NCBI RefSeq assembly: GCF_008065095.1
Contig: NZ_CP042911.1
Span: forward strand, 5,580,001 to 5,612,000
DNA: 32,000 bases
Origin: Gemmata obscuriglobus
GTDB taxonomy: Bacteria; Planctomycetota; Planctomycetia; Gemmatales; Gemmataceae
Direction: 5' to 3'
The notes beneath the pieces are model-generated. The model ran no database searches, was not told the DNA's origin, and was given only the letters and a program-made list of their open reading frames with translations. Below are positions 1-8,915 of the stretch, piece by piece. Position 1 is the stretch's first letter. Each line of letters begins with the position of its first letter. The position numbers were made by a program, and so were the translations under genes.

Positions 1-348
1 GTCCGGAAGGGTCTTACCCGCGACGACGGGCCGACCGTACTGGCCCAGGTCGATCGTCCCGTCGGGCTGAACCGGTTGGTCCGGCGGCAGGCGAACCGGC
101 GAATCAAGCTCCACCGGCTGAACCAGTAAGGTGTCACCGGGCTCGACGACGTGCGCGGGCAACAGCCCCATCGCCAGTTCGCGCGGCACCGGGGCCGGAA
201 CCGGCGCGGTGTCGCGAATGGCTTTCGCGTTCTTGTTCAGCGGGTTGGTCGGCGTGCTGAATCCCAGCGATTCGCCAATCGTCGAACACCCCGTGGCAAC
301 CAACAGCCCCAAACTCAGGGCGATCGCGGCGTGGACGCGCGGTTTCAT
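1..348 (-). CDS. Polysaccharide export outer-membrane lipoprotein (Wza / Poly_export-like), N-terminal 116 codons; the gene continues beyond the left window edge
   Basis: Absent from the ORF track because it is open at the window edge. My reverse-strand translation from ATG (complement of 346-348) gives MKPRVHAAIALSLGLLVATGCSTIGESLGF...LLPAHVVEPGDTLLVQPVELDSPVRLPPDQPVQPDGTIDLGQYGRPVVAGKTLPD. It has a signal peptide with a lipobox-like LVATG|C. The PGD-x-L...DG-x-I-x-L...G...V-x-G-x-T pattern is typical of Poly_export domains. AGGAG (complement of 358-362) lies 9 nt upstream of the ATG. The reading frame runs exactly to position 1. Confidence 0.6.
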   Translation of the reverse strand, partial: MKPRVHAAIALSLGLLVATGCSTIGESLGFSTPTNPLNKNAKAIRDTAPVPAPVPRELAMGLLPAHVVEPGDTLLVQPVELDSPVRLPPDQPVQPDGTIDLGQYGRPVVAGKTLPD

Positions 349-465
349 AACACGGATCTCCTGTCCGGAATACCGGAAGTGCCAGTGTTATCGGCTCGCG
401 CGAACGTACCGCTTCAATCGCCTGTTCCTCACTTCACCCAACTTCGCACGTTCCCTACAACCGTC

Positions 466-3400
466 CTATTTGCTGTTCATGGACCCGATGCCGGCGCCGA
501 GCCCCAGCACCCCGGCGGCCTCCGCCGGAAGCACATACCTTGACAGGAAGAACCGCACGGCCTGATCGGTCAATAGTGCGCCCACGTTAACCTTGACCAC
601 CGGGTTGCTGGTCTGACCGGTGATTGAGAGCCGCACCGTGCGGTTCGAAAGGAAGTCGCTCACATCCCGGATCAGCGTGACCGGGATCGGGCCGAATGTG
701 GGCAACCGCAACCCGAAGAGGCGCAACCCGGGCACGTCCGGGCCGATCGTCCCGGTGTGCGCCACGACGTTCATATCGATCCGCCCGCCGGTCGTAATAG
801 TCCCCTCCGCGAACAGTTGCGCGGACGGGTTCGCCAGCGCGAGCCGCTGCACGCGGAACACGCCGCCGCGGAGGCTACCCCGAACGTCGCCGGACTGGAA
901 CGGCTTCACCAGCCCAGTGGTGTTCAAGAACGGCGTAACCTGCTGAAGAATCGGAATTTCGCGCACCGACGTGTTCGTGAGGGTCGCCAGCAGCGTGCCG
1001 TTCACATCGTCGATCGAGCGCACCCGGCTCCCCTGGAGGTCGAACCGACCGGTGATCCGACCATTACCGAGGAGGGCGTTTTCGCCCAGCGAAGGGGCGA
1101 TCGTGCGGATGGGTACGTCCACGAAGCGCACCTCCCCGTCGAGCCGCGCCTCGCGCCCCCAATCGAGCGTGAGGTGTGCCGTCGCCCGTCCGGAGCCGGC
1201 GTTCACCGTCCCCTCGCGGATCGCGAGCCGCCCGTAACCCCCGGCCGCACTGGCGAAGGTGAACGGCACCCGCAGGTCGGTGACCGGAACGCCCGAAACG
1301 CTACCGCGTGGCAGCGAGATCGTACCCGACCCGCGCACCTCGCTCCCGAGGCGCGCGTTGAGCATGAGGGACACCGGCCCGTCGATCAGGTCCCGCGAGT
1401 CGGCGCCGAGCGGTGCGAGGAGCTTCTTCGCGTCCGCACCGGTGAGCGTCACGGTGAAGTAGTTCCGCTGGGTTTGTTCGAGCCGCACGAGGCCGCGGGC
1501 ACGAAGCTCGCCGCCGGCAATACGGCCCCTCACCTCCGAAAGCTGTAGGATGTTGTCCCGGAGTACCAGCAAACCGATCAGCTCTTGCGAAACGATGTTG
1601 CTGCCCCACTCCAGGCGCGTGAGCGTGATGCGCCCGTTCCCGGCCGAGAGGTCGTTGTCGAAATCGAACGTGACATCCAGCCGGCCGCGAAGCGGCCGAA
1701 GTGCATCGAAGCCCAGCCCGCCGGCGACCCGCGACAGGTCCGCACCCATCAAGCGAAACGATCCGCGGTCACGCTTTCCGATGGGCGCCTTTTCGTCATC
1801 CTTCTTCAGCCCGGGGTAGCGCCCCTTGATCTCGAACGAGCCGCCGAGCGTCTTGCCCTCCAGCTCGTACTCTACCGCCCCGCCCTTCAACGCCGCTTTC
1901 CCGGCCAGGCGCTCTGCCGGGATGCCCTGCACCGTCAGTTTCGGCGCGCTGAGGTCCACGTCCAGGTTCCCGACGCGCGCCTGCCCCTCCTTCGCGGGCG
2001 GGATCGTGCCGCCCACCTTCCCGGACACTTTGCCCGCGATCTTCACCGGGAAATCGGGCACCAGGTCCGTCGCCGCGGCGGCGTCGAGTTCCTTGAATTC
2101 CACCCCGAACGAGCCACTCTTGTCGGCCGCGAAAGGCACGTCGGCCGAGCCGGTCAGCGAGCCGCCGAAGGCGTCGGCCTTCAGATCGGACACGACCAAC
2201 CGTTCCGGAGTGAGCGCCCACTTGAGCCCGATGTGGTTCGCGCTCGACTTCGCCAGCGTCAGTTTGGAAGCGGTCACGGTCCCGGTCGCGTTGTACGTGA
2301 GCGGCGAGATCGTCCCGGTGAGAGCAGTGTCTGTTTCGAGCACACCCTCCACCGGCGCCGGGAGCTTCACCTCCGGCACCAGCTTGCGGAGGTCGGTGAC
2401 GCTCGTCCCGGTGGTCTTCACGGTCGCGCGGAACGGGTACTGGCCGGACAGCCCGAGCGTCCCGTCCGCCACGATCGGGATGCCCTCCAGCGCCACCTTC
2501 GCTTCTTTGAGGGTCAGGGTGCCCTTCTCGACCGTCGCGGACAGCTTGATGTCCTTCGCGGTGCGCCCCTCAACTACGAGTTCGCTCGACGAGATCTCCC
2601 CCGAACCGCCCCACAAGGCCGGCTCCGAGATTTTGTCGTAAGGGGCCGTCAGCGTGACCGCGCCCGACGCCGTGCCCTGGACGCCGAGTTGGAAACCGGG
2701 CAGCGCCTTCAGCACCTCGCCGACGGGGATGCGATCAATGGTCAGCGCGGCGTGAACCTCGCCGGGCGGGTCGATCGCGGCGTTCACGGTGCCGCGGAAC
2801 GTACCGGGCGCGGCGCCACCCTTTGCCGGCTGATCGATCGCCCCTACCAACTCGGTGAGTGCGAACTTGCCGTTCTGGTAGCTCATCTTGGCCGACAGGT
2901 TGCGAACGGTGAGCCCTTCGAGGGTGAGCGCCGGCGACGTGATGCTGCCGGTGAACTTGTACGCGGTTTGACTCGCGGCCGAGGTCACCGGGACCGCGAT
3001 AGTTGCTTCCGCCGTCACCTTCCCGCTGATCTTGTAGCTCAGCTTCACGTCGAGCTTTTCGAGCAGCTCTGCGATGTTGATGTCGCGGAACCGCACGGTC
3101 GCGTCGAGCACCGATCCGCCCGTTGCGGCTTCTTTCTTCGGCGGGGGCGGGTCCGCGGGCTTCTTATCCTGACGGGCCGCCGTGCGAACCGGCGCGTTCT
3201 TGGGCCGCGCGCCCGTGCCCTTCGGCATCCGCTGGAACTCGAGCTGGTTGCCGGCCGTTCGCAGGTGAATCGGAATATCGTCGGATTTGATGCTCCCCTT
3301 GGGGAGCCGGATCTCGACACCTGTAATCGCCCCCTCACCGCTGCCGCTGGGAACCAGGCGCCCGTCGGCAAAGACCTGGAGCGACACGTCCGCACTGCCC

Positions 3401-4455
3401 TGGAGCTTGCCGTCCATGTCGCGTGGGAGCTTCCACTCCGGGGGCAGTTGCTTCAGGTCCAGGTTCGCGGCGGTGGCTTTCAGCGTCACGAGCGTCGGCT
3501 CGGGGGCGAAGTCGGCGACGCCGTCCACGGCCAGTGTCCCGCCCGCGAGTTGGGCCTTCGCACCAACCAGCTTGATCTTCGCGCCGGTCAGGTTAATCAG
3601 TCCGGTCACCTTCGCGAGCGTCACGCTCGCATCAGGGAGGGTGAGGGACGCTTCGTTCGGCTTGATGTCAACCGCGTAGTGGACATCGGCACTGGAGTCG
3701 GTCCAGAGCCGCACCGCCACCGCGCCGCGGCCGTCGGCCCGGATGCTCTTCCACACGCTCGCGGGCACGAACGGCACCGACTCCAACCGATCCATCGTGA
3801 GCGGCCCGTCGGGCGTCTCGAACCGCACCTCGCCCGCCGAGCCGTTTTTCGCGATCTCGCCCTTCAGTGTCCACTGCGACCACGCGGGGTCGTCCATCGT
3901 GCCGTCGATCACCACCCGGTCGCCCGCCGGCGTCACGGTGGCGTTGAGGTTGTGCAGCGCGAACTCCGGCCGACCGTCCTGGCGGATCGTCAACCGGCCG
4001 TCGGCCAGCACGATGTTCGGAAGGGTACCCCCGCCGCTGCCGCCACTCTCCGGCATTTTCGGCAGTGTCGTCACCACCTTGCCGTCGGAGCTGACGTGGA
4101 GCGTGAGGTTCACGCCGCGCAACGTCACCTGCTGGGGCGAGATGCGGCTGGTCGCCAGTCCGAAAAGCGAGATGTCCGCGGAGGCGTCCTCGACGGCGAA
4201 CACCTCGGACTTGCCGCCCGCCGGCGCCGCGGGGTCGAACAACTTCAACCCGATGGAGGAGGTGACCAGCCCGAGCCGGACGCTGGTCACCTCGACCGGC
4301 ATCCCGATCTGGGCGCTGATCTTGCGCGCCACGAGCCCCTTACCCGCGCCAGTCGCGAGGTACACGCCGAGGCCGACGCGGAGTACGACGACGATGGCGA
4401 GCAGACCGCCGACCCCGATGAGTGCCCACCGTAATCCCTGACGCGGCTGAATCAT
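466..4455 (-). CDS. Giant AsmA/TamB-like envelope protein (1329 aa), N-terminally membrane anchored
   Basis: ORF-track 1329 aa; ATG = complement of 4453-4455. The N-terminal TM helix (WALIGVGGLLAIVVVLRVGLGVYL) is followed by more than 1200 aa of beta-rich G/V/T/L repetitive sequence. A Pro/Lys linker (QDKKPADPPPPKKEA) interrupts it. This architecture matches AsmA/TamB-family proteins. That it is coding is near certain; the family call is by eye only. Confidence 0.65.
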   Translation of the reverse strand: MIQPRQGLRWALIGVGGLLAIVVVLRVGLGVYLATGAGKGLVARKISAQIGMPVEVTSVRLGLVTSSIGLKLFDPAAPAGGKSEVFAVEDASADISLFGLATSRISPQQVTLRGVNLTLHVSSDGKVVTTLPKMPESGGSGGGTLPNIVLADGRLTIRQDGRPEFALHNLNATVTPAGDRVVIDGTMDDPAWSQWTLKGEIAKNGSAGEVRFETPDGPLTMDRLESVPFVPASVWKSIRADGRGAVAVRLWTDSSADVHYAVDIKPNEASLTLPDASVTLAKVTGLINLTGAKIKLVGAKAQLAGGTLAVDGVADFAPEPTLVTLKATAANLDLKQLPPEWKLPRDMDGKLQGSADVSLQVFADGRLVPSGSGEGAITGVEIRLPKGSIKSDDIPIHLRTAGNQLEFQRMPKGTGARPKNAPVRTAARQDKKPADPPPPKKEAATGGSVLDATVRFRDINIAELLEKLDVKLSYKISGKVTAEATIAVPVTSAASQTAYKFTGSITSPALTLEGLTVRNLSAKMSYQNGKFALTELVGAIDQPAKGGAAPGTFRGTVNAAIDPPGEVHAALTIDRIPVGEVLKALPGFQLGVQGTASGAVTLTAPYDKISEPALWGGSGEISSSELVVEGRTAKDIKLSATVEKGTLTLKEAKVALEGIPIVADGTLGLSGQYPFRATVKTTGTSVTDLRKLVPEVKLPAPVEGVLETDTALTGTISPLTYNATGTVTASKLTLAKSSANHIGLKWALTPERLVVSDLKADAFGGSLTGSADVPFAADKSGSFGVEFKELDAAAATDLVPDFPVKIAGKVSGKVGGTIPPAKEGQARVGNLDVDLSAPKLTVQGIPAERLAGKAALKGGAVEYELEGKTLGGSFEIKGRYPGLKKDDEKAPIGKRDRGSFRLMGADLSRVAGGLGFDALRPLRGRLDVTFDFDNDLSAGNGRITLTRLEWGSNIVSQELIGLLVLRDNILQLSEVRGRIAGGELRARGLVRLEQTQRNYFTVTLTGADAKKLLAPLGADSRDLIDGPVSLMLNARLGSEVRGSGTISLPRGSVSGVPVTDLRVPFTFASAAGGYGRLAIREGTVNAGSGRATAHLTLDWGREARLDGEVRFVDVPIRTIAPSLGENALLGNGRITGRFDLQGSRVRSIDDVNGTLLATLTNTSVREIPILQQVTPFLNTTGLVKPFQSGDVRGSLRGGVFRVQRLALANPSAQLFAEGTITTGGRIDMNVVAHTGTIGPDVPGLRLFGLRLPTFGPIPVTLIRDVSDFLSNRTVRLSITGQTSNPVVKVNVGALLTDQAVRFFLSRYVLPAEAAGVLGLGAGIGSMNSK

Positions 4456-4675
4456 GGCGCGGCCCCGAGTGTCGCGGATACTTCACCGTAATCGATCCTG
4501 CAACTCGAATGCACATCGCGTTCCAACCAGACCGTTGAAAGACCGGCGGAACGCGCGGCGCACCTGGCGCACGCGGCGCAATTCGCACCGCTCCCCGGGA
4601 GCGAGTGACGCCGGTCGGGCGTGGTGTCGGTGCGTACCATTACTGCGACCGGCCCATACCGATACGGAGTACGTG

Positions 4676-5677
4676 ATGGCGTCCCCCGCCCTGTTCCTCG
4701 AAACGATCAACGCGTTCCAGCGCACGGAGGCGCTCCGCGCGGCCGTCGAGTTGGAGCTGTTCACCCACATCTCGAAGGGCGCGGGCACGGCGCCCGAACT
4801 CGCGGCCGCGAGCGGCGCCTCCGTCCGCGGGGTACGCATCCTGGCGGACTATCTCACGATCCTCGGCTTCATCACCAAAACCGGCGAGCGGTACGAGCTG
4901 ACACCCGACTCCGCGGTGTTTCTCACCCGCGGCTCGCCTGCGTACCTCGGCGGGGCGTTCGAGTTCCTGCTCACACCACAAATCCGCGACAGCTTCGGTA
5001 AGCTGACCGCCGCCGTCCGGAAGGGCGGCACGGCGTTCTCGGACGAGGGGACCGTCTCGCACGACAACCCGGTGTGGGTGGCGTTCGCCCGCGCGATGGG
5101 GCCGATGATGATGATGCCCGCGCAACTGCTCTCGGAGCTGGTGGGCGGGGACCGCGACCGGCCGCTCCGCGTGCTCGATGTGGCGGCCGGGCACGGGCTG
5201 TTCGGCATCCAGATCGCCAAGGACTACCCGAACGCCCACGTGACCGCGCTGGACTGGGCGAACGTGCTGGCGGTCGCGTCGGAGAACGCGAAGCGCGAGG
5301 GCGTTTCGGCGCGGCACGCGCTGATCCCCGGCAGCGCGTTCGAGGCCGACTGGGGCGGCCCTTACGATGTCGTGCTCCTGACGAACTTCCTGCACCACTT
5401 CGACGTTCCGACGTGCGAGCGGATCGCCGCCCGGGCGCTGGCGGCGCTGGCCCCGGGCGGGCGCGCGCTGACGCTGGAGTTCATCCCGAACCCGGACCGC
5501 GTCAGTCCGCCGCCCACCGCGAGCTTCGCGCTGACGATGCTCGCGAGCACGGCCCACGGCGACGCGTACACGTTCGCCGAGTATGAGGGTATTTTCGCCC
5601 GTGCGGGCTTCGCCCGGAGCGAGTTTCGGCCGCTCCCGCCGACCGCGCAGCAGGCGGTCGTTTCGTACAAGAGCTGA
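4676..5677 (+). CDS. SAM-dependent O-methyltransferase (Methyltransf_2 / dimerisation-domain type)
   Basis: The ORF track gives 4454..5677, but the first 74 codons are Arg-rich junk that overlaps the divergent AsmA-like start. The in-frame ATG at 4676 gives MASPALFLETINAFQRTEALRAAVELELF (winged-helix dimerisation region). SAM motif I is present as LRVLDVAAGHGLFG, and the length (333 aa) is typical of this O-methyltransferase family. Confidence 0.85.
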   Translation: MASPALFLETINAFQRTEALRAAVELELFTHISKGAGTAPELAAASGASVRGVRILADYLTILGFITKTGERYELTPDSAVFLTRGSPAYLGGAFEFLLTPQIRDSFGKLTAAVRKGGTAFSDEGTVSHDNPVWVAFARAMGPMMMMPAQLLSELVGGDRDRPLRVLDVAAGHGLFGIQIAKDYPNAHVTALDWANVLAVASENAKREGVSARHALIPGSAFEADWGGPYDVVLLTNFLHHFDVPTCERIAARALAALAPGGRALTLEFIPNPDRVSPPPTASFALTMLASTAHGDAYTFAEYEGIFARAGFARSEFRPLPPTAQQAVVSYKS

Positions 5678-5775
5678 CAACAGGCCGGGAGTTGAGCCGT
5701 CTCCGATACCCGGGTGACCTCATATTCGTCGGGCGCGGTCAACAGGGCGGTAGAATCTGCCGGGAGGGTTATTCC

Positions 5776-6612
5776 ATGTACCCGGCTGAGACGACCGATC
5801 CGCAACCGTCCGACACCGACCCGGCAACGGCCCGCGCGGTCGTGTTCACGCTCACCTCAAGCGCCGCCGGCTCCGAACGGGAAGACACGATCGCGGTCGA
5901 AGCGCCACTGGAACTGCGCATCGGCGGACGGCCCGTAACCGTGCTGATGCGGACCCCCGGCCACGACGAGGAACTCGTCACAGGCTTCCTGTTCGGCGAA
6001 GGGGTCATCGCGGACGCCGACGACATCATCGCCTTCGAGCGCCCGGACGCCGAGCGCGCGAACGTGTTGAACGTGCGGTTGATGGTGGCCCGCCGGGCGT
6101 TCAACCTGGACCGGCCTTTTTACAGCAACTCGAGTTGCGGGATTTGCGGCAAGCGCTCGCTGGAGTCGGTGGAACTACACGCGCCGGCAGTTCAATCGTC
6201 GCTCACGATTTCGCGAACGGTTCTGACGGAGTTACCGGAGCGTCTGCGGGCGGCCCAGCCGGTGTTCGCGCGCACCGGAGGGGTTCACGCTTCGGGACTG
6301 TTTACCGCCGCGGGTGAGTTGGTGGCGGTGCGCGAAGACGTGGGCCGGCACAACGCGCTCGACAAGCTCGTGGGCCGGGCGCTCAACGAGGGACAGGTGC
6401 CGCTGTCCGGTCGCGTGCTGCTGGTGTCGGGCCGGGTGAGTTATGAACTCGTTCAAAAAGCGGTCGCGGCGGGCATACCGGTACTCGCTGCCGTCGGGGC
6501 GCCGTCGTCGCTCGCGGTCGAACTGGCTACGCGGTTCGGAATCACGCTCATCGGGTTCCTCCGGCCGTCCGGGATGAACGTGTATGCGAACCCGCGGCGC
6601 GTGGTGGATTAA
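5776..6612 (+). CDS. fdhD: Formate dehydrogenase accessory sulfurtransferase FdhD
   Basis: Hallmark motifs are present: SSCGICGKRS, GGVHASGLF, DVGRHNALDKLVG and SGRVSYELVQKA. ATG at 5776 is preceded by GGGAGGG (5762-5768). The track ORF start at 5692 adds 28 poorly coding-like codons. Confidence 0.9.
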   Translation: MYPAETTDPQPSDTDPATARAVVFTLTSSAAGSEREDTIAVEAPLELRIGGRPVTVLMRTPGHDEELVTGFLFGEGVIADADDIIAFERPDAERANVLNVRLMVARRAFNLDRPFYSNSSCGICGKRSLESVELHAPAVQSSLTISRTVLTELPERLRAAQPVFARTGGVHASGLFTAAGELVAVREDVGRHNALDKLVGRALNEGQVPLSGRVLLVSGRVSYELVQKAVAAGIPVLAAVGAPSSLAVELATRFGITLIGFLRPSGMNVYANPRRVVD

Positions 6613-6688
6613 ACGCCAAGGGGACCGCTCGCCAAGAGCCACCCAATCCTGACGCGCCCCCCCGAAGTTCCGTGATCCGTGAAAGCAG

Positions 6689-6716
6689 TTGACACACCGC
6701 CGCGGTACGTTAGCCT
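6689..6716 (+). promoter_or_regulatory. Candidate sigma70-like promoter for the His-rich ORF / RND operon
   Basis: Perfect -35 TTGACA (6689-6694), 16-nt spacer, weak -10 TAGCCT (6711-6716), about 47 nt upstream of ATG 6763. This is a pattern match only, and promoter consensus in this lineage is uncertain. Confidence 0.25.
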
Positions 6717-6762
6717 GATAGTGCCATATTGCTTCTCGCCCCAACGCCTCGCCCGCCCTCGC

Positions 6763-7200
6763 ATGGTCCGGCTGTTCGTTAATCTCGTGCTGATCCCGTG
6801 CCTGCTGCTAACGCAGTTCGCCGCGGTGCCGCACGCGCACGCCGGCGGTTCAACCGGAACTTCACACGAGGGGCACCCGCACTTCCACTTCCACCTGTTC
6901 GGGTCGGACCCCGCGACCGACGGGCTCCGCGCGTGTTTCGATGCCGAATGTGCGGACACCGCCAGTGCCCGATCCGCGCCGCCGTGGGATCACGACGCCG
7001 ACGCCGTGTACGTCGAATCGACCACGGCCTCACCAGAACGCGAGAAGCACCTCGCCCCGGAGTTTATTGCAGAACTGGCACCGGCGCTGGTGCCGCTCCT
7101 CCGTGACACCGACGCACCTGTAGCCCCGCGACTCGACGACCGCATTCACCTCCCGGTCCGCTGCCCGCTGTACGTCCGGTTCCTCGCGCTCACAATTTAG
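6763..7200 (+). CDS. Small His-rich exported/membrane protein (145 aa), function unknown, first gene of the RND cluster
   Basis: ATG 6763 gives MVRLFVNLVLIPCLLLTQFAAVPHAHAGGSTGTSHEGHPHFHFHLFG...PPWDHDADAVYVE...RCPLYVRFLALTI. There is an N-terminal hydrophobic segment followed by a His cluster (HAH, HEGHPHFHFH). Third codon positions are almost all G/C in my hand reading, so it looks coding. I recognise no family. Confidence 0.6.
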   Translation: MVRLFVNLVLIPCLLLTQFAAVPHAHAGGSTGTSHEGHPHFHFHLFGSDPATDGLRACFDAECADTASARSAPPWDHDADAVYVESTTASPEREKHLAPEFIAELAPALVPLLRDTDAPVAPRLDDRIHLPVRCPLYVRFLALTI

Positions 7201-7363
7201 CCCCCTCCTCACCCGTCCGTCCCTCGCGCCGGCGGCCACGCCGCGCGTTCCCGTTCGCACCCGTCCGCGCTTGCGCCGCCCGATAACTCCCGGCGCCGCG
7301 CGCTCGTTCCCCGGTCACGGCTTCGAGCCGAACTGGACACGCCTAAGCACAGCGAGCGAACTC

Positions 7364-8911
7364 ATGAGCGTTCACACACCCACGCCGCCCCCCCCGGTCG
7401 CGGCCCCGTCCCCTGCTCTGCCGGCGCGCCCGACGCCGCGCTGGCTGAAAGTCGTCCTTTGGCTCGCCTTTGTCGGGATCGCCGGCGGAAGCGCGACCGC
7501 TGTCGCACTGTCGGTCGGCGCGAAGGGGAAGCCGGACGAGCGCGCGGCCGAGGAGAAAAAGGCCGAAGAAGATAAGAACGCGGTGACCATGCCGAAAGCG
7601 AAGCAGACCGCCGCGGGCGTGGAGACGGCTCCCGCCACAGCGGGGCCGTTGCGAACAGTCACCTGGCGCACCGGGCGCGTGGCCCTGAACGAGGACCGCG
7701 TCGCGCACATCAGCCCGCCGGCCGAGGGGATCGTCCGCGAGGTTCCCGTTCGGGTCGGCCAGACGGTGACCGCCGGCGACGTGCTAGCGGTCATCGAGTG
7801 CCGCGAGTTCGGGTTCTTGAAGCTCGAACTGGTGAAGGCCCGGATCGCCGCCGCTACGGAGCGCGAGGCGACCGAGCGCACCCGCACCACGATGACCAAC
7901 GCCGCCGAGTTGCTCAAGCTCCTTGTAGCCAGCACCCCCGCCGCGGAGATCGAAGCGAAGCTCGCCGACAAGCCCATCGGCACCTGGCGCGCGGACCTGC
8001 TCGGCGCTTCCGCCCGGCGGCTCCAGTTCCGCGCGCAACTCGCGTCGCTCAAGTCGTCCAGCGGCGCGGTCGCGGAATCGGTCGTGCTGAAGGCCCAGGC
8101 GGAAGCCGACGCGGCCGACGCGGCCTACGCGAGCCTCGTCGAAGACTTGCGGTACCAGGTGCGGTTCCAGGTGCGCCAGGCCGAGTTGAAGCTCCGCGAG
8201 GCCGAAACCACGCTCGACGTGGCCAAGGCGAAGCTGCTCACCTTCGGCATGACGCCCGAGGCCGTGAACGCGCTCGACCCGATCGCCGAAGGCGCGAAGG
8301 CGGCGCTGCTTTGCGTGCGCGCGCCGTTCGCCGGGACGGTCGTGGAGAAGCACGCGGTCACGTCCGAACGGGTCGGACCGCAGTTCCAGATGTTCGTCCT
8401 CGCCGACCTCGACACGGTTTGGGTGCAGGCCGATGTGTTCGAGCCCGACCTGCCGCTCGTGCGCGACCTCGACGGGCGGGAGGTGACGTTCCGGTCCGAG
8501 GTGGCCGGGCTCGCCGAGCGCCCCGCGAAGGTGGTCCACACCGGGGACCTGGTCGATAAGGCGTCGCGCACGCTCACCCTGACCGCCGAGGCCGCCAACC
8601 GGCCGCTCAAACCGGGATCGAACGACCGCGCCCTGAAGCCCGGAATGTTGGCCGAAATCGGGTTCGAGAGCGGCTCGTCGGCGCCCGTCGTTCAGGTGCC
8701 CGTCGGGGCGGTGTTGCGGCACGAGAACAAGCCGTTCGTGTTCGTGTCCACGGCCGAGGACACCTTCGTCAAGCGCGAGGTGACGCTCGGCCGGCAGTCC
8801 GGCGACGCGGTCGAGATCCTCGACGGGCTGCGGCCGGCGGAAGCGGTCGTCGTGCGCGGCGGGTTCGTGCTCAAGTCCGAGTTGCTCAAAGACCAGATGG
8901 TGGGGGAGTAA
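7364..8911 (+). CDS. Efflux RND periplasmic adaptor subunit (MFP / CzcB-like)
   Basis: ATG 7364 (the track start 7271 is a TTG). N-terminal TM (WLKVVLWLAFVGIAGGSATAVAL), a coiled-coil hairpin region, barrel-sandwich motifs (GIVREVPVRVGQTVTAGDVLAVIE; APFAGTVVEKH) and a beta-barrel C-terminus. The stop lies 4 nt before the pump ATG, with GGGGAG as the shared RBS. Confidence 0.85.
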   Translation: MSVHTPTPPPPVAAPSPALPARPTPRWLKVVLWLAFVGIAGGSATAVALSVGAKGKPDERAAEEKKAEEDKNAVTMPKAKQTAAGVETAPATAGPLRTVTWRTGRVALNEDRVAHISPPAEGIVREVPVRVGQTVTAGDVLAVIECREFGFLKLELVKARIAAATEREATERTRTTMTNAAELLKLLVASTPAAEIEAKLADKPIGTWRADLLGASARRLQFRAQLASLKSSSGAVAESVVLKAQAEADAADAAYASLVEDLRYQVRFQVRQAELKLREAETTLDVAKAKLLTFGMTPEAVNALDPIAEGAKAALLCVRAPFAGTVVEKHAVTSERVGPQFQMFVLADLDTVWVQADVFEPDLPLVRDLDGREVTFRSEVAGLAERPAKVVHTGDLVDKASRTLTLTAEAANRPLKPGSNDRALKPGMLAEIGFESGSSAPVVQVPVGAVLRHENKPFVFVSTAEDTFVKREVTLGRQSGDAVEILDGLRPAEAVVVRGGFVLKSELLKDQMVGE

Positions 8912-8915
8912 CCGG

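Noticed and set aside
1585-4434. 949-aa ORF on the + strand covering almost the whole AsmA-like gene
   Set aside because: This is a shadow ORF. In a genome where sense codon position 3 is nearly always G/C, the antisense frame whose position 1 pairs with sense position 3 almost never starts a codon with T, so TAA/TAG/TGA are suppressed. The product is Arg/Gly/Pro/His-rich low complexity with no motifs, whereas the minus-strand product has a clear TM anchor and AsmA-like architecture.
4454-4675. N-terminal extensions of track ORFs (OMT from 4454, fdhD from 5692, His-rich ORF from 6679, adaptor TTG 7271, cgs GTG 22986, cdd 23508, kinase TTG 26034, secreted protein 31722)
   Set aside because: The extensions are Arg-rich or poorly coding-like where I counted (for example 19/29 GC3 for the cgs extension). 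They often start at TTG/GTG, and internal ATGs with Shine-Dalgarno-like GGAG/GAGG motifs give N-termini that match family expectations.
4676-6612. Orphan FdhD next to an O-methyltransferase, considered as a possible novel molybdoenzyme-maturation pair
   Set aside because: FdhD genes are often unlinked to their formate dehydrogenases. The two genes are separated by about 100 nt, and nothing in the sequence ties their functions together. Ordinary housekeeping context.
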